34,438 nucleotides of DNA from a virus (lineage: Duplodnaviria > Caudoviricetes): the IMG/VR virus record IMGVR_UViG_3300016666_000287, positions 1 to 34,438 of that record; one strand, written 5' to 3'. Made by a program: the position numbers and the translations under genes. Below, piece by piece: positions 25,886 through 33,406 of this stretch (positions are counted from its first letter, which is position 1; the number at the start of each line of letters is the position of its first letter). The notes under the pieces were generated by a model that did no database searches, was not told the origin of the DNA, and worked only from the letters and a program-made list of their open reading frames with translations.

Positions 25886-27481
25886 ATGTCTTCAAACATC
25901 ACGATCGCGGGTGAAAACCTTATCGCGAAAAAGCATGGTGAACAGAAAGCGCTGGAAGTCAGCCGTTTTGTGTTCGCACTCATCCCGGGCTTGAACCCCG
26001 AAAGCGAAGTGGATCGCGCCTCAACCCTGCCGCCTGCAGCGCAAATCGTCCACACGGCCCCCATTCAGCGATCGGGCTACGTGACCCCCAATCAGGTGGT
26101 CTACAGCGTGATGCTGGGTTCTGACGTAGGCGACTGGGACTTCAACTGGGTAGGGCTGCAGACTGCTGAAAACGTTCTGTTGGCCGTGGCGTACGTGCCC
26201 GTGCAACAAAAGCGCAAGAACCGGCACCCGTACCAGGTTGGCAACAACCTGACCCGAAACTTTATGGTCGCCTTCAGCGGCGCCCAGGCCATGACCGGCA
26301 TCACGATCGACGCCAGTACCTGGCAACACGATTTTACCGTACGCCTGGGCGGCATCGATGAGCGCGAGCGCCTGCACAATCGCGACTTTTTTGGTCGAGC
26401 GTGTTTTTTCGACAGCGGCCTGCAGTTGGTCAAAACAGGTAATAGCTATCAGCTCAAGCCGGGTATTGCCTACGTTGAAGGCATTCGCGTTGTGCAGACC
26501 GAGCCGACCATCATCAACGTGGCCAACGTGCCATCCAAAGCCTGGCTGGAGGTCGCTTTACAGCGCAAGGGCAGCGATATGGTCACCACCTGCCAGGTGG
26601 TCTTTGGCGCAAACCTGGTCGACAAAACCGACAGCGCCGGTGCCCGTCATTACTTCGTGCCGATCGCGGATCTGCCCAACTCCAACACTGTGACCGATTT
26701 GCGTCTGCCTCAACCGGTCGACGTTGCCTTGATCGAGCATCTAGCCTTACGCAATGGCGACTATGAAAAGCTGCGAGCCCGGGGCACGACAAAAGAGGAC
26801 GTCGGGCTCAGCGAGTTGCCCAACGCTAAAAGCGATGACCCACAAACCAACAACAGCGAGATTCTGGCCACCACCAAGGCCCTGAACGTCCTGCGCAAAG
26901 CTATGGATGATCCGCTGACCGGGCTTGTCTGCAGTTTTGCGATGGCAACGCCGCCGTTGGGATGGCTCAAGGCCAACGGTGCCGCAGTGTCACGTACTAC
27001 CTATGCCGCACTGTTCTCCAGAATTGGCACCCTTTACGGCGCGGGGGATGGGGTCAACACCTTCAATCTGCCAGACCCACGCGGAAAGTTTATTCGCGTA
27101 TTGGATGACGGGCGCGGGATCGACCCAGGGCGGCAACAGGGCAGTAATCAGGCAGACGAAACACGCAGTCACAACCACGGTGCCAGTGCGAGCGGTGGCG
27201 GTGCCCATACGCATACGGCGTGGACTGATGCCCAGGGCAAGCACGCCCACACCGTGAACAACTCCAGCTCGTTCGGCTGGAATTACGGCAACTGGTACTA
27301 CTCCGACACTGGCGGGGCAGCCGACCAGCCTCAAAACATCACGAACGAAGCGGGTAGCCATACGCACAACGTAGGCATTGGTGCGGTTGAGGATCACCTG
27401 CACGCCATCACCGTGGCTTATTCCGGTGGTGCTGAAACACGCCCGCAAAATATCGCCTTCCTTGCCTGCATTAAGTATTGA
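25886..27481 (+). CDS. Tail fibre protein
   Basis: N-terminal baseplate-binding domain (VVYS.MLGSDVGDWDFNWVGL); collar domain (P.GWLKANGAAVSRTTYAALF..IGT.YGAGDG..TFNLPD.RG.F.R); five HxH motifs; ETRPQNIAFLACIKY end. Confidence 0.92.
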   Translation: MSSNITIAGENLIAKKHGEQKALEVSRFVFALIPGLNPESEVDRASTLPPAAQIVHTAPIQRSGYVTPNQVVYSVMLGSDVGDWDFNWVGLQTAENVLLAVAYVPVQQKRKNRHPYQVGNNLTRNFMVAFSGAQAMTGITIDASTWQHDFTVRLGGIDERERLHNRDFFGRACFFDSGLQLVKTGNSYQLKPGIAYVEGIRVVQTEPTIINVANVPSKAWLEVALQRKGSDMVTTCQVVFGANLVDKTDSAGARHYFVPIADLPNSNTVTDLRLPQPVDVALIEHLALRNGDYEKLRARGTTKEDVGLSELPNAKSDDPQTNNSEILATTKALNVLRKAMDDPLTGLVCSFAMATPPLGWLKANGAAVSRTTYAALFSRIGTLYGAGDGVNTFNLPDPRGKFIRVLDDGRGIDPGRQQGSNQADETRSHNHGASASGGGAHTHTAWTDAQGKHAHTVNNSSSFGWNYGNWYYSDTGGAADQPQNITNEAGSHTHNVGIGAVEDHLHAITVAYSGGAETRPQNIAFLACIKY

Positions 27482-27489
27482 GACCCGCC

Positions 27490-28200
27490 ATGGACACCAA
27501 AATCGTTTATCAGACTGATCATCATGGGATCTTCACAGGTGAAGCTTGTGCTGACCGCTGCCCTTTAGAGCCAGATGTCTGGTTAATCCCGGGCGGCTGC
27601 GTGGAAGTAGCGCCCCCAGCGATCCCTGCACACCAAGCGGCCCATTGGAACGGCAAGGCGTGGAAGCTGATCGAGTCGTACCAGGGCGAGATCGTCTATC
27701 ACAAGATCACCGGGCAGCCGTTGCTGATCGAAACCCCTGCGCCACTGCCAAAAGGCTACACCTTGAAAGCACCCGGTGAGCACCAGGTATGGAGCAAAGG
27801 CCAGTGGGTTGACGATGTGCCGGCACTGGTAAAAATTCGTCACGCCGAACAGTTGGACTCGGTAAATGCGGCCTGTGAACAAGCAATCACAAGGGGCTTT
27901 TCCTGCGATGTCCTGGGGGAAACACACTGCTACGACAGTACCCTGATTGACCAGGTCAACCTGACCAGCCAGGTGGTACTGGGCAACGACGGGCACTTGG
28001 CCTGCCGTGATGCCCTGGGCGTCAAAGCCTACCGCGAGCACACCGCCGAGCAGTTGCACCTGGTCAGCGCCGCGTTCAACCATCACCGGCTGACCTGCCA
28101 GCAAAAAGCCCTGTTGCTCAAAGACCAGCTGGATGTGGCCCTGACCGCCAACGACCTGGCCGCGATCGAGGCGGTGAGCTGGGTAGCAGGCCAAGCATGA
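27490..28200 (+). CDS. Tail fibre assembly chaperone (DUF4376-like C-terminus)
   Basis: VYQTD..G.F.G...AD..PLEPDVWLIPGGCVEVAPP and C-terminal IEAVSW; follows the fibre gene. Confidence 0.8.
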   Translation: MDTKIVYQTDHHGIFTGEACADRCPLEPDVWLIPGGCVEVAPPAIPAHQAAHWNGKAWKLIESYQGEIVYHKITGQPLLIETPAPLPKGYTLKAPGEHQVWSKGQWVDDVPALVKIRHAEQLDSVNAACEQAITRGFSCDVLGETHCYDSTLIDQVNLTSQVVLGNDGHLACRDALGVKAYREHTAEQLHLVSAAFNHHRLTCQQKALLLKDQLDVALTANDLAAIEAVSWVAGQA

Positions 28201-29120
28201 ACTGGGCGCCCGTCACCATGCGCTGGCCAAGCCAGTCAACCCAATGGCTGAGCCAGCTGGCCACCGCCAAACAGATGGCCGGATCTGAGCTGGCCAGCAC
28301 CGCGTCACGCCTCGAAACGCTCAAGGGTATGGCCACCACCAGCCCGGGGCCGGTCGCGGAACTGGCAAAGCAGGGGATCGAGGCCGGGCGCTCGGCAATG
28401 GCTGACGCCCTGGGCGAAGTCCCGGCGTGCCTGGTAGTGACACCTTTCCAGAGCGGGGTTGGTCAGGGCACCGGCTTATTGCGTGCGTTGGCTGCGCCGA
28501 ACCTGCTGCAGCTGCTGAGCGCCAAACTTAAGGACAGCCACGACACCGGGCTACCCACCGGGCAGCAATACGCGCTGGTGATCCTGTTCCTGGGCACTCG
28601 ATACGACCAGTTCGCCGCCACCCTGGCGCGGTTCAACGCCTTGCTACCGTTTCCGGATCTGGAACGCGCCCAGCGCCGTGCCCAACAGTTGTTCAAGCTG
28701 GAGGCGGAAAAGTGGGAGCTACCTTCTGCCGGTGCGCTGCCGCGCTGGGGGCAGATGCCCCTGGAGCGTTGCACCGTGACCAAAGCCGCAAGCCAGGCAC
28801 TGTCCAGCCAACTGGCCGCGCTGGAGGGCTACGCCGCTGACAGCTCGCCCATGGCCGACTTGGCGGCCCTGGCTGCACGTAAGGCCACTCAGGCCCAAGC
28901 CCACGACCGAAAGCTGGCCGAGCTGCAGCAGCTGCTGACCGGCAGCACCGCGGAAACCACCATGCAATGCCGCCTGATCGGCCCGGGGAACGGCGCCGAG
29001 CTAAGTGCCCAACTGCTGGAAGGCCAAGCCCCGGGCCATGAATGGGGGATCTGCGCTGGCATGGTGCTGGTGGGATCGCGCAAAGGGCTGAGCTTTGTAC
29101 AGGAGATGATCGGCCTATGA
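28197..29120 (+). CDS. Conserved-looking tail-region hypothetical protein (307 aa)
   Basis: 4-bp overlaps with both neighbours; late operon position. Confidence 0.7.
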   Translation: MNWAPVTMRWPSQSTQWLSQLATAKQMAGSELASTASRLETLKGMATTSPGPVAELAKQGIEAGRSAMADALGEVPACLVVTPFQSGVGQGTGLLRALAAPNLLQLLSAKLKDSHDTGLPTGQQYALVILFLGTRYDQFAATLARFNALLPFPDLERAQRRAQQLFKLEAEKWELPSAGALPRWGQMPLERCTVTKAASQALSSQLAALEGYAADSSPMADLAALAARKATQAQAHDRKLAELQQLLTGSTAETTMQCRLIGPGNGAELSAQLLEGQAPGHEWGICAGMVLVGSRKGLSFVQEMIGL

Positions 29121-29650
29121 CGCTGCTACTCGATGGCGAACAAGTGCGCTGCAAAAACATGAAAGCCACGGCAAATCTGCGCATTGAAAGCGGAGATATG
29201 TCGGGGCAGACAAGCAACAGCGACAAGGCCCACACCGGCTTCAAGCCCAAGACCCTGACCTTTTCCGGGCTGATCCGCCATGCCGATGCGGACTGGTTGC
29301 GCACGCTGATGCGCCTGGCCGAAGCAACAGAGAGCGGTGGCCAACTCAAAACCTACCGTATCGTTCACGACACGGCCGCCGCCTTCGGCATGCGCCAGGT
29401 GCAATTCAGCGACGGGGTCAGTTCCCGGGAACACGACACGCTGCAGGCCTGGCTGATCCAGTTCACGTTGACCGAGAAACTGAGCAACCCCGAGCGGGTA
29501 GAAGGCCGTCGCACGGGCAACACCGTGGCCAGTCAGTCGGCGCCCGGGCAAGGCGTTGCCGGTGAGAACGGCAGTGACCCGGAAAAGCCCGGGCAAGAGC
29601 TGACTGGCTTTGAAGCCGTGCTGAAAAAAATTGATAACTGGATGGGCTGA
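29117..29650 (+). CDS. Baseplate/tail-tube initiator-like protein (HP1-type)
   Basis: DMSGQTS.....G.KPKTL...W...FTL.EKLS.PE pattern; AGGAG RBS; ATG 29117. Confidence 0.65.
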   Translation: MTLLLDGEQVRCKNMKATANLRIESGDMSGQTSNSDKAHTGFKPKTLTFSGLIRHADADWLRTLMRLAEATESGGQLKTYRIVHDTAAAFGMRQVQFSDGVSSREHDTLQAWLIQFTLTEKLSNPERVEGRRTGNTVASQSAPGQGVAGENGSDPEKPGQELTGFEAVLKKIDNWMG

Positions 29651-29655
29651 CCGCC

Positions 29656-30348
29656 ATGAAACTGCACAAAGTGCTGACCATCGGCGGCACCGTATACCCG
29701 CTGGTCAAAGACGATGTCCGGCTGGAGCTGCGCACCCCGGGGCGAGCCTCGTTCACGGTGCAAGCCAAAGCCCCGTTAAAAGGATTGGTGACGCTGGACA
29801 TTGGTTACAACGACAAGCCGCTACAGCGGTTTTTCATTGGCTACGTCGAGCGCAGTACCAGCGTGAACGCCGTCGAGCAGGTGCTGTTCTGCCGCGAGCT
29901 GGCTGCAATCCTGAGCCAGCCGCTGCCGTTGAACCTGCGGCACGTGGATCTTCGCGCCGTGCTGACCGCTATCAGCAACAAGACCGGGCTCACGTTCCGC
30001 GTGCCTGATCAGCCCTATGCCAAGGTCAAGGCCCCGTTCTTTTACAACCTGGCCACCGGCATTCAAGCCATGGACAGTCTGGCCCGGGTGTTCAGCATTC
30101 CCGACCCGATCTGGCAGCAGCAGGGCGACGGCGAAGTCTTTGTGGGCAGTTGGGCCGACAGCTTTTTTGGTGCCCGGGAGCCGCTGCAGCTGCCAATCGA
30201 ATTGTTCGACGGCTACCAGGGCAACGAAAGCGCCATGGTCGCCGCCATGCCAGGCATACGCCCTGGTGCAACCTTTAATCAGGCGCAACGCATCGTTTCG
30301 GTGTCGCTGGCCGCGAATCAAATGGGTTTGAAGTGGAAGAAGCAATAA
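29656..30348 (+). CDS. Baseplate hub-like protein (gpD-like)
   Basis: PGRASFTV...LDIGY...WQQQGDGEVFVGSW...PGIRPG; precedes the spike gene. Confidence 0.65.
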   Translation: MKLHKVLTIGGTVYPLVKDDVRLELRTPGRASFTVQAKAPLKGLVTLDIGYNDKPLQRFFIGYVERSTSVNAVEQVLFCRELAAILSQPLPLNLRHVDLRAVLTAISNKTGLTFRVPDQPYAKVKAPFFYNLATGIQAMDSLARVFSIPDPIWQQQGDGEVFVGSWADSFFGAREPLQLPIELFDGYQGNESAMVAAMPGIRPGATFNQAQRIVSVSLAANQMGLKWKKQ

Positions 30349-31310
30349 AACGCGCCGTAGAACGTCAATTCCCCGAGCTGAGCGGCGGCTACCACCTGCC
30401 CAGATTCGCCCTAGTGCAAGGTGTGGCCGATGCCCCGGCCCAGTCCGGCATCTGCGACAACTTCCGGCCCCGGTACGCGGTTGACCTGCAGGTACTGGCC
30501 GAAGATGGCGAACCCGACCCCAACCTGCCGATTCTGGCCGGTGTACCGCTGCCAGTGTCCGTGGGCGGTGATGAGATGGGCTTTTTCGGCTTCCCGGGGG
30601 AAGGCACCACGGTGGTGGTCAACTTCGCCTATGGCATGCCCAGCAAGCCCTTTATCCAGACCATACTGCCCCACGGCCTGAGCCTGCCCAAGGTGCCCAA
30701 AGGGGATCAAGTCTGGCAGCACAGCGAAACCGCCCAACAGCGCGTGGACGCCGACGGCAACTGGTCGCGGCAGACTGATGGCCGCATACAGGACTTCTCA
30801 GCTGATCGCGAAGTCCAAGCCCTGGACAACCAGGAGCACTATCAAAGCCACAGCCAAACCGTGGACGACCATTCAAAAGAGACGGTCGGCGGCGTAAAAA
30901 CACTCGAAGCGATGGGTGCCATGAAACTGCTGTCAGGCGGTTCGATGAGCGTGGCGGCTGTGGATGACTTGCACCAGGCCACGGGGCGCGACCTGAATTT
31001 GGTGGTTGGTGATAAGTACAACGCCACCGTGGGTGGCGATATGCAGGAGCGGATCGAGGGCCTGCGCAAGAGCGTGGCGGGGGAGGGGCAGCGGTTGGTC
31101 GCGCCGAAAAACTGGATTGGCTCTGAAAGCGTGAACCTGTTTCAGGTGGTGTGTGATTTGCTCGACCTAGTGCAGGAGATGAACACGCAACTGGCGGGGC
31201 ATACGCATTTGCCTGGGCCGACGCCGAGTCCTACAGATGCAGCTGCATTTATAGCCAAAGCAGCAATTGGCAAGCAACTTTCGGTTAAGACGAAAGCAAT
31301 AAACTTTTGA
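30333..31310 (+). CDS. Baseplate central spike protein (gpV/gp5-like)
   Basis: OB-fold-like N-terminus (P.EGT.VVV.FAYG.P..P), beta-helix-like repeats (VGGD..E.I.G) and C-terminal HTH metal-binding tip (LAGHTH). Confidence 0.7.
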   Translation: MEEAIKRAVERQFPELSGGYHLPRFALVQGVADAPAQSGICDNFRPRYAVDLQVLAEDGEPDPNLPILAGVPLPVSVGGDEMGFFGFPGEGTTVVVNFAYGMPSKPFIQTILPHGLSLPKVPKGDQVWQHSETAQQRVDADGNWSRQTDGRIQDFSADREVQALDNQEHYQSHSQTVDDHSKETVGGVKTLEAMGAMKLLSGGSMSVAAVDDLHQATGRDLNLVVGDKYNATVGGDMQERIEGLRKSVAGEGQRLVAPKNWIGSESVNLFQVVCDLLDLVQEMNTQLAGHTHLPGPTPSPTDAAAFIAKAAIGKQLSVKTKAINF

Positions 31311-31416
31311 GCTTTTCTATATTCGTCGACGAGCACGCGCTCTATAAAACTTGCTTTGGTATGGTCTCCCCGCAAGTAACTTAACTCTATTAGTTAACAT
31401 TGCTCTCGAGCCAACT

Positions 31417-31436
31417 ACCGTCTATCGGTTTTTTTT
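31417..31436 (+). terminator. Short-stem intrinsic terminator downstream of the late operon
   Basis: ACCG-TCTAT-CGGT followed by a T run; the stem is weak. Confidence 0.4.
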
Positions 31437-31550
31437 GAGGGCAGCATGAAAAAACGAGCCCGAAGGTCGTATTGGTAAAATACGAACGGCAATAGGGAAA
31501 CCCTGAATTTTACTAGCGAAAACGCGAACGCCTGATCGTTTTCAGGCGGC

Positions 31551-31584
31551 AAGAACGCCGAAGCCCGCACTGGGCGGGCTTCGG
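31551..31584 (-). terminator. Intrinsic terminator-like hairpin
   Basis: CCGAAGCCCGC-N5-GCGGGCTTCGG perfect 11-bp stem (31558-31584) with CGTTCTT tail on the - strand. Confidence 0.7.
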
Positions 31585-31671
31585 GTGTATGCTTTTAGCA
31601 GGATCCCTGACGGAAAACCTGTGATAGCATCTGGCTCAATCACTCGAACCATAGATCTTTGGAACTCGACA
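31551..31671 (-). ncRNA. Predicted ~120-nt antisense sRNA (candidate antitoxin/regulator)
   Basis: - strand promoter TTGACG (31701-31706), 17-bp spacer, TAGCCT (31678-31683); no ORF seen; ends in an 11-bp hairpin plus CGTTCTT. Ends are estimated. Confidence 0.5.
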
Positions 31672-31893
31672 CTTCAAAGGCTATGGCTAACTGATCACCC
31701 CGTCAAGCCCGAATAGGTGCTTGCGGGTGAAACACTGCAAATGCTGGGTTGTTATTCATATATGTAATGCTTCCCAGATTAATTAGTTAACCAAACTGGC
31801 TAACTAATTAGCGTGTACGGTTAGATCAAGTGAGAGGTGCTGCTAACGCTCATGTCAGTGTGCAGCTTTCTCTAACCTTTGGAGTAGTAACCA

Positions 31894-31989
31894 ATGTTGA
31901 ATTACATTGCTCGCTTCCTGCCGGAGGAGTTGATCAGGTTCTTGCAAGTAACCTATTGGCTGATCCGTCTGTACAAGCTTTTTTTCTAA
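31894..31989 (+). CDS. Unannotated 31-aa amphipathic peptide MLNYIARFLPEELIRFLQVTYWLIRLYKLFF (type I toxin-like)
   Basis: GGAG SD at 31881-31884, ATG 31894, TAA 31987-31989, strong terminator 14 bp later; below the ORF-track size cut-off. Confidence 0.65.
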   Translation: MLNYIARFLPEELIRFLQVTYWLIRLYKLFF

Positions 31990-32003
31990 GCTTGTCGTCA
32001 AAT

Positions 32004-32030
32004 AAAACAGGGGCTTCGGCCCCTGTTTTT
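32004..32030 (+). terminator. Strong intrinsic terminator (potentially bidirectional)
   Basis: AAAACAGGGGC-TTCG-GCCCCTGTTTTT; C(UUCG)G tetraloop on the + strand. Confidence 0.9.
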
Positions 32031-32228
32031 GTTTCGCACGCTGAAGATATCTCCACCGTGCCTCTCTTGATTTTCTGACGCGTGGGTAAGCCTCTTGATC
32101 CGATAGGTCGGTATTCGCCCGTCGCTACGATGCTGCACCTGTTGCAGGCGTGCTCACTCCACGCAAAAGTGACACGGTAAGAAGAAAGTCAGGCAAAAAC
32201 GTTTCGCAGCATAAAAATATCGGCTCAC

Positions 32229-32253
32229 AAAAAAGCCCGCATTTGCGGGCTTT
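32229..32253 (-). terminator. Intrinsic terminator of the DUF2335-type cassette
   Basis: AAAAAAGCCCGC-ATTT-GCGGGCTTT, 10 bp after the stop at 32264. Confidence 0.88.
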
Positions 32254-32263
32254 AGGGACGCGT

Positions 32264-32788
32264 CTACTTCTTTTTACCGGTGGGTTTTGTTACAGCCCCT
32301 TCGCTCGGTGTGCGTTTCCGTCGTCCAGTGATGAATGCTGCGATGATGCCGCCGAAGCCAACGGTTCCGATAGCGCTAGCAGCTATCTCATGGCCTTGAA
32401 GAGCCAAGTACACCACGGATGCAATTACTGCTAACGAAATCATCAGAGCGAACAGCTGGCCCATCAATATTTCGACTATATACCAAGTCGATAGTTTTTC
32501 ATCGATGGCTATCGATCGGCTTTCTATACCCTGTCGATGCGCTGTCTGGCTGGTCGTCCATTGGACAATCTCCTGGGCCAAACCAGGGACTACAGAGTCA
32601 TATTCTCTGAGTAGTGATGGAGGAGGCAGGGGGCCTTGAAAGGCCGTGGTGACCATTCCGGTCTGCTTCCTCTCGCGTTCAATCGTGCCGGTGCGAGGCT
32701 CTACGCGAGCATCAGGCTTGTTGGGTGTCACGTTCTTTGGCTTCTGCGACACGCTGTTTGCCTTGTTCTGCTGCTTTATAGAAGTCAT
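32264..32788 (-). CDS. DUF2335-like predicted membrane protein
   Basis: FQGPLPPPSLLREYD.VVPG.A..I......Q.AHR signature, two C-terminal TM segments and basic tail. Start is uncertain (ATG 32788 or GTG 32752). Confidence 0.8.
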   Translation of the reverse strand: MTSIKQQNKANSVSQKPKNVTPNKPDARVEPRTGTIERERKQTGMVTTAFQGPLPPPSLLREYDSVVPGLAQEIVQWTTSQTAHRQGIESRSIAIDEKLSTWYIVEILMGQLFALMISLAVIASVVYLALQGHEIAASAIGTVGFGGIIAAFITGRRKRTPSEGAVTKPTGKKK

Positions 32789-32939
32789 GACCGATCGCCT
32801 GCACATCTTCTTGCAGCGCTTCAAAGTCAGTTCGTGCTAACTCAGATCCGTGACCACGATAGTGGCTGTAGCCTTGTGCCGGGCAAAGCACCAAAACGGA
32901 CCCGATGCCTGAGAGCAAATTCCTGAGCATACGATTCAC
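32712..32939 (-). CDS. Small hypothetical partner of the DUF2335-like gene (75 aa)
   Basis: LLSGIGSVL.L.P ... D.EALQED.QAIG.D pattern; overlaps the next gene; sits just after a promoter. Start is GTG 32939 or the nearby ATG. Confidence 0.7.
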   Translation of the reverse strand: MNRMLRNLLSGIGSVLVLCPAQGYSHYRGHGSELARTDFEALQEDVQAIGHDFYKAAEQGKQRVAEAKERDTQQA

Positions 32940-32974
32940 ATTCTTAGTCCAATGTCAGTAAAAACGGCGCGCAC

Positions 32975-33003
32975 ATTCTACATAGGTGTCTATATATGCG
33001 CAA
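32975..33003 (-). promoter_or_regulatory. sigma70 promoter of the two-gene moron
   Basis: - strand TTGCGC (32998-33003), 17-bp spacer, TAGAAT (32975-32980), with AT-rich DNA upstream. Confidence 0.65.
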
Positions 33004-33118
33004 TAAATAAGACCTCAATCAATCAATTTCGTTCAGTTTATTTACGAATTGGTTGACAGCTGCCTTAAGTCAAGAATGGCATGCTGGCTGAGGCCTGTAC
33101 AGTGTGTTTTTGAACATA

Positions 33119-33134
33119 CTGTAAATATATACAG
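33119..33134. promoter_or_regulatory. LexA (SOS) box
   Basis: CTGTAAATATATACAG = CTG-N10-CAG with AT-rich spacer, preceded by TA. Confidence 0.85.
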
Positions 33135-33244
33135 CTTTTTCCTTCTTGGCTCCTTTACCTACGTTGCCGCTCGAGATCTAAACAAGATGCAGCATAGCTG
33201 CAGCTTGGGAAGTCAGGCATGAAATTAAAAAACTGCGGGAAAAA

Positions 33245-33406
33245 GCACTTATCCCCCTCCCGCCGACGGGCCTTGTGTCCTTTTTTTGTGCAAATCCGGA
33301 TGTAGTGCAAACGAACCTGTAGCCCAGGCGGGCCGTGGGGCTCTGTAGGGGATCGGCCATTGCACAGAATGCAAAGTTTTGAAGGGAAGTGCAGCGCGGT
33401 TGCACA
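33245..33406. other. Putative cos (packaging) region
   Basis: The reverse complement of 33245-33264 (GGCGGGAGGGGGATAAGTGC) resembles the P2 cohesive end GGCGAGGCGGGGAAAGCAC as recalled; followed by a T-tract and repeated GTGCAAA/TTGCACA motifs. Confidence 0.55.

Noticed and set aside
25886-28200. Invertible tail-fibre cassette
   Set aside because: No invertase gene, inverted crossover sites or alternative fibre ends were seen.
8316-30903. Numerous long antisense or alternate-frame ORFs over structural genes (e.g. 8693-9595, 19915-20688, 23026-23901)
   Set aside because: Shadow ORFs expected from GC-rich codon bias; no motifs or RBS. Only Rz1 and the chaperone -1 frame were accepted.
31691-31733. 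Hammerhead ribozyme-like CTGATCA...GAAAC flanking a stem
   Set aside because: The core would need CUGAUGA (G8 is C here), the closing pair before GAAA is a C-T mismatch, and no suitable stems I/III were found.
31702-31733. 32-nt GTC...GAAAC hairpin resembling a solitary type I-C CRISPR repeat (RNA anti-CRISPR)
   Set aside because: Only about half the positions match the recalled I-C repeat, it is single copy, and it is better explained as leader hairpin 2 plus the antisense -35. A repeat-database search would settle it.
31311-31890. Retron msr-msd or DGR template
   Set aside because: No reverse transcriptase in the window, and no TR/VR duplication of the fibre tip was seen.
31830-32078. 82-aa ORF from the ORF track
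   Set aside because: It runs through a strong terminator and lacks a clear RBS; the nested 31-aa ORF has the SD and fits the terminator.
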